A stretch of DNA of 64,000 nucleotides from a virus, in the IMG/VR virus record IMGVR_UViG_3300017917_001123, positions 267,571-331,570 of that record; one strand, written 5' to 3'. Every line of letters starts with the position of its first letter. The first letter of the stretch is position 1. The position numbers and the translations under genes are program-made. Shown one piece after another: positions 62,501 through 64,000 of this stretch. Below the pieces are notes generated by a model. That model ran no database searches and was not told where the DNA came from. It was given only the letters and a program-made list of their open reading frames with translations.

Positions 62501-62599
62501 CAGATAACATGACTTTAAATATAATCTGTGCTTTTATTGTGGGAGTGCCGATGTTCTATGTTGCGTGGAGGATTTTAAAATTAATCGACCAGAAATGAC
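62498..62599 (+). CDS. small single-TM peptide (33 aa)
   Basis: MTDNMTLNIICAFIVGVPMFYVAWRILKLIDQK, ATGA-coupled to both neighbours. Under 60 aa, so absent from the ORF track. Confidence 0.3.
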
Positions 62600-62843
62600 T
62601 CCGGAAGAAGCTCGTGCCTTTATTAGAAAGGTAATGGGTCCTCCTAAGCGACAACTTGAAGGCAAAGAACGAGATCACGTTTGGTTATTGATTAAAATGT
62701 CAACACCTGTGCGTGAATCTAACAACCAACGTTTTTGGCACGAAGAATATCTTATCGGCGGACGTAGGTATGATGTAACCTATGGTGTTGAAGATAACCC
62801 TATTGTGGAGGTCTACGAAGATGAGACTGATGTTGGGAACTAA
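62595..62843 (+). CDS. hypothetical protein
   Basis: The ATG at 62595 (ATGA overlap) is preferred over the GTG at 62565. Confidence 0.4.
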   Translation: MTPEEARAFIRKVMGPPKRQLEGKERDHVWLLIKMSTPVRESNNQRFWHEEYLIGGRRYDVTYGVEDNPIVEVYEDETDVGN

Positions 62844-63135
62844 AGATCGTCCTAGTCTGCTAGTAGATGTCGAGCAAGAATACAGCCCAAATCATTTTGA
62901 ATTTTGGGTAGTCAACGGCGCCTGGAAAGGCACATATACAAACGGACACGTTACTGTTTGGCATTACACCCCGTGGAGTGAATTAGAGGAAACAGAAATC
63001 TTGTGTGACAATCAAGATCGTCTGCGTGGTGAATATCAAGAAGTGTTTAACAACTTTTGTGACCCCAACTATGTAGCACCAAAACCCAAGAAGTTTGAAT
63101 ATCCTGCTTGTTGGGACGATGACATTCCGTTTTAA
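62821..63135 (+). CDS. hypothetical protein
   Basis: The first in-frame ATG at 62821 is preferred over the TTG-initiated 62782 start. Confidence 0.35.
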   Translation: MRLMLGTKDRPSLLVDVEQEYSPNHFEFWVVNGAWKGTYTNGHVTVWHYTPWSELEETEILCDNQDRLRGEYQEVFNNFCDPNYVAPKPKKFEYPACWDDDIPF

Positions 63136-63136
63136 C

Positions 63137-63298
63137 ATGACACTCGAAGAAGCAATCAAAATTAAAGAAAGTTTAGAAGAACTCATTGCTGATCCTGAAA
63201 TTGATTTTGGACCTGCGTATGAGTTTACTAAAATTAGGCAGGCGGAAGCTCTAAAGATAATCCGAAGAGAAATTAAACGCCTAAAGGAAGAAAGATGA
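63137..63298 (+). CDS. hypothetical protein
   Basis: In-frame ATG immediately after the upstream stop. Confidence 0.35.
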   Translation: MTLEEAIKIKESLEELIADPEIDFGPAYEFTKIRQAEALKIIRREIKRLKEER

Positions 63299-63678
63299 GA
63301 AACCCATTAAGGAACGCTATGAGATCAGTAAAAGTAGAAAAGAACGAGTTGTTGGGCATTGTCCGTGACAACAAAAAGAAGCACGTTAAAGAGTTCGACG
63401 AAGCAGTTAAGGACTATAAAAAGGCCGCAATCAAAATTGCTAAGGAACATGTTGACCTAGCAAAGACTGGAGACCTAGATCAGATTGCTCGCATTAAGGC
63501 AATGCCGCAACGTCCTACTAGCTACGAAAAAGACTACGATCGTGCTATCCGTATGCTTGAACTAAGCGTAGAGGATACAATTGAACTAGAAGAAGACGTT
63601 TTTAATCAGTTAGTGTTAGACGAGTGGACTTGGAAGAATGCCTTTGTCGCAACTAGTGCCTTGTATAAAACACTCTGA
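63295..63678 (+). CDS. hypothetical protein
   Basis: 127-aa ORF, ATGA overlap. Followed by a GC hairpin gcgggga-cgg-tccccgc at 63691-63709. Confidence 0.4.
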   Translation: MRNPLRNAMRSVKVEKNELLGIVRDNKKKHVKEFDEAVKDYKKAAIKIAKEHVDLAKTGDLDQIARIKAMPQRPTSYEKDYDRAIRMLELSVEDTIELEEDVFNQLVLDEWTWKNAFVATSALYKTL

Positions 63679-63763
63679 TAAATAGAATTGCGGGGACGGT
63701 CCCCGCAACCAACACTCTTTAAATTACTAGGTACTTAGAGTGTGTACCGTAAAAGGAAGAAAA

Positions 63764-64000
63764 ATGATGTACAATCAAAAACTCGTTGCGAGTATAAAAG
63801 CTAACGGAAAAGTCCTTCGTGAATTCAAGGACACAGTCTATATCAACTTTGGATCTGAATACAGCATCCTACTCAAAAATCTCAATACTGTTCGAGCTGT
63901 CGTAAATGTGTTTATCGACGGAGAGAATGTCGTTCCTGGCGGATTGGTCATAGACCCGGGTCGGACTGTCGACTTAGAGCGTTGGATTAAAAACGGCAAT
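63764..64000 (+). CDS. hypothetical protein (5' partial, runs off the window)
   Basis: An ORF starting ATGATG with an AAGGAAGAAAAATG RBS. No stop before the window end. Confidence 0.3.
   Translation, partial: MMYNQKLVASIKANGKVLREFKDTVYINFGSEYSILLKNLNTVRAVVNVFIDGENVVPGGLVIDPGRTVDLERWIKNGN

Noticed and set aside
1-64000. Possibility that the genome uses a recoded genetic code (TAG as sense), prompted by the CUA tRNA
   Set aside because: rIIA, nrdA/B, ligase, thyX and the fibres all terminate at TAA/TGA, and reading frames are intact under the standard code. TAG ends only a handful of genes. The suppressor is therefore interpreted as an accessory readthrough device, not as evidence of recoding.
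1-64000. CRISPR arrays, integrases/transposases, attachment sites
   Set aside because: No direct-repeat/spacer periodicity and no integrase or transposase motifs found. The window looks like a lytic T4-like phage, with HNH homing endonucleases as the only mobile elements.

Overview
The window reads as part of a T4-like (Tevenvirinae/Straboviridae-type) myovirus genome. It is AT-rich and tightly packed. Early promoters are of the sigma70 type, and several match the TTGACA-17-TATAAT consensus at 5 or 6 positions in each hexamer. At least one T4-type late promoter (TATAAATA) is present.

The core T4-like genes recognised by motif and sequence similarity are rIIA/rIIB, class Ia ribonucleotide reductase nrdA/nrdB with a glutaredoxin, flavin-dependent thymidylate synthase thyX, an ATP-dependent DNA ligase, an HNH homing endonuclease, and a long tail-fibre module. 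The fibre module (22.4-34.6 kb) has three very long repeat-containing fibre proteins with a stand-alone subtilisin (S8) protease between them, followed by a pectate-lyase-like beta-helix tailspike.

The most unusual content, in order of interest:
1. A circularly permuted, two-piece tmRNA (ssrA) at 52.36-52.84 kb. It has its own consensus promoter, a tag reading frame encoding ANDEVYALAA, and a terminator.
2. A tRNA whose anticodon loop reads CUA, i.e. a candidate amber suppressor (62231-62306).
3. A phage copy of translation initiation factor IF-1 (infA).
4. A ~15 kb minus-strand island (0.7-16.1 kb). It holds two paralogous radical-SAM enzymes, a NodU/CmcH carbamoyltransferase, SAM methyltransferase, several DxD nucleotide-sugar-transferase-like proteins (two paralog pairs), a flavin-dependent halogenase-like protein, 2OG-Fe(II) oxygenases and an epimerase. 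It sits next to a phage-encoded Fe-S assembly set (IscU flanked by two IscA/HesB). This looks like an uncharacterised modification pathway for a glycan, nucleotide or small molecule.
5. A peroxiredoxin + AhpD pair.
6. A membrane/envelope cluster: a small two-TM protein, an SPFH/band-7 lipoprotein, a type IV prepilin-like protein and another membrane protein. An 8-strand OMP-like beta-barrel gene sits elsewhere, under a promoter overlapped by a palindrome.

All coordinates are 1-based on the + strand. Functional calls rest on motifs read directly from the translated ORFs. No database searches were run.
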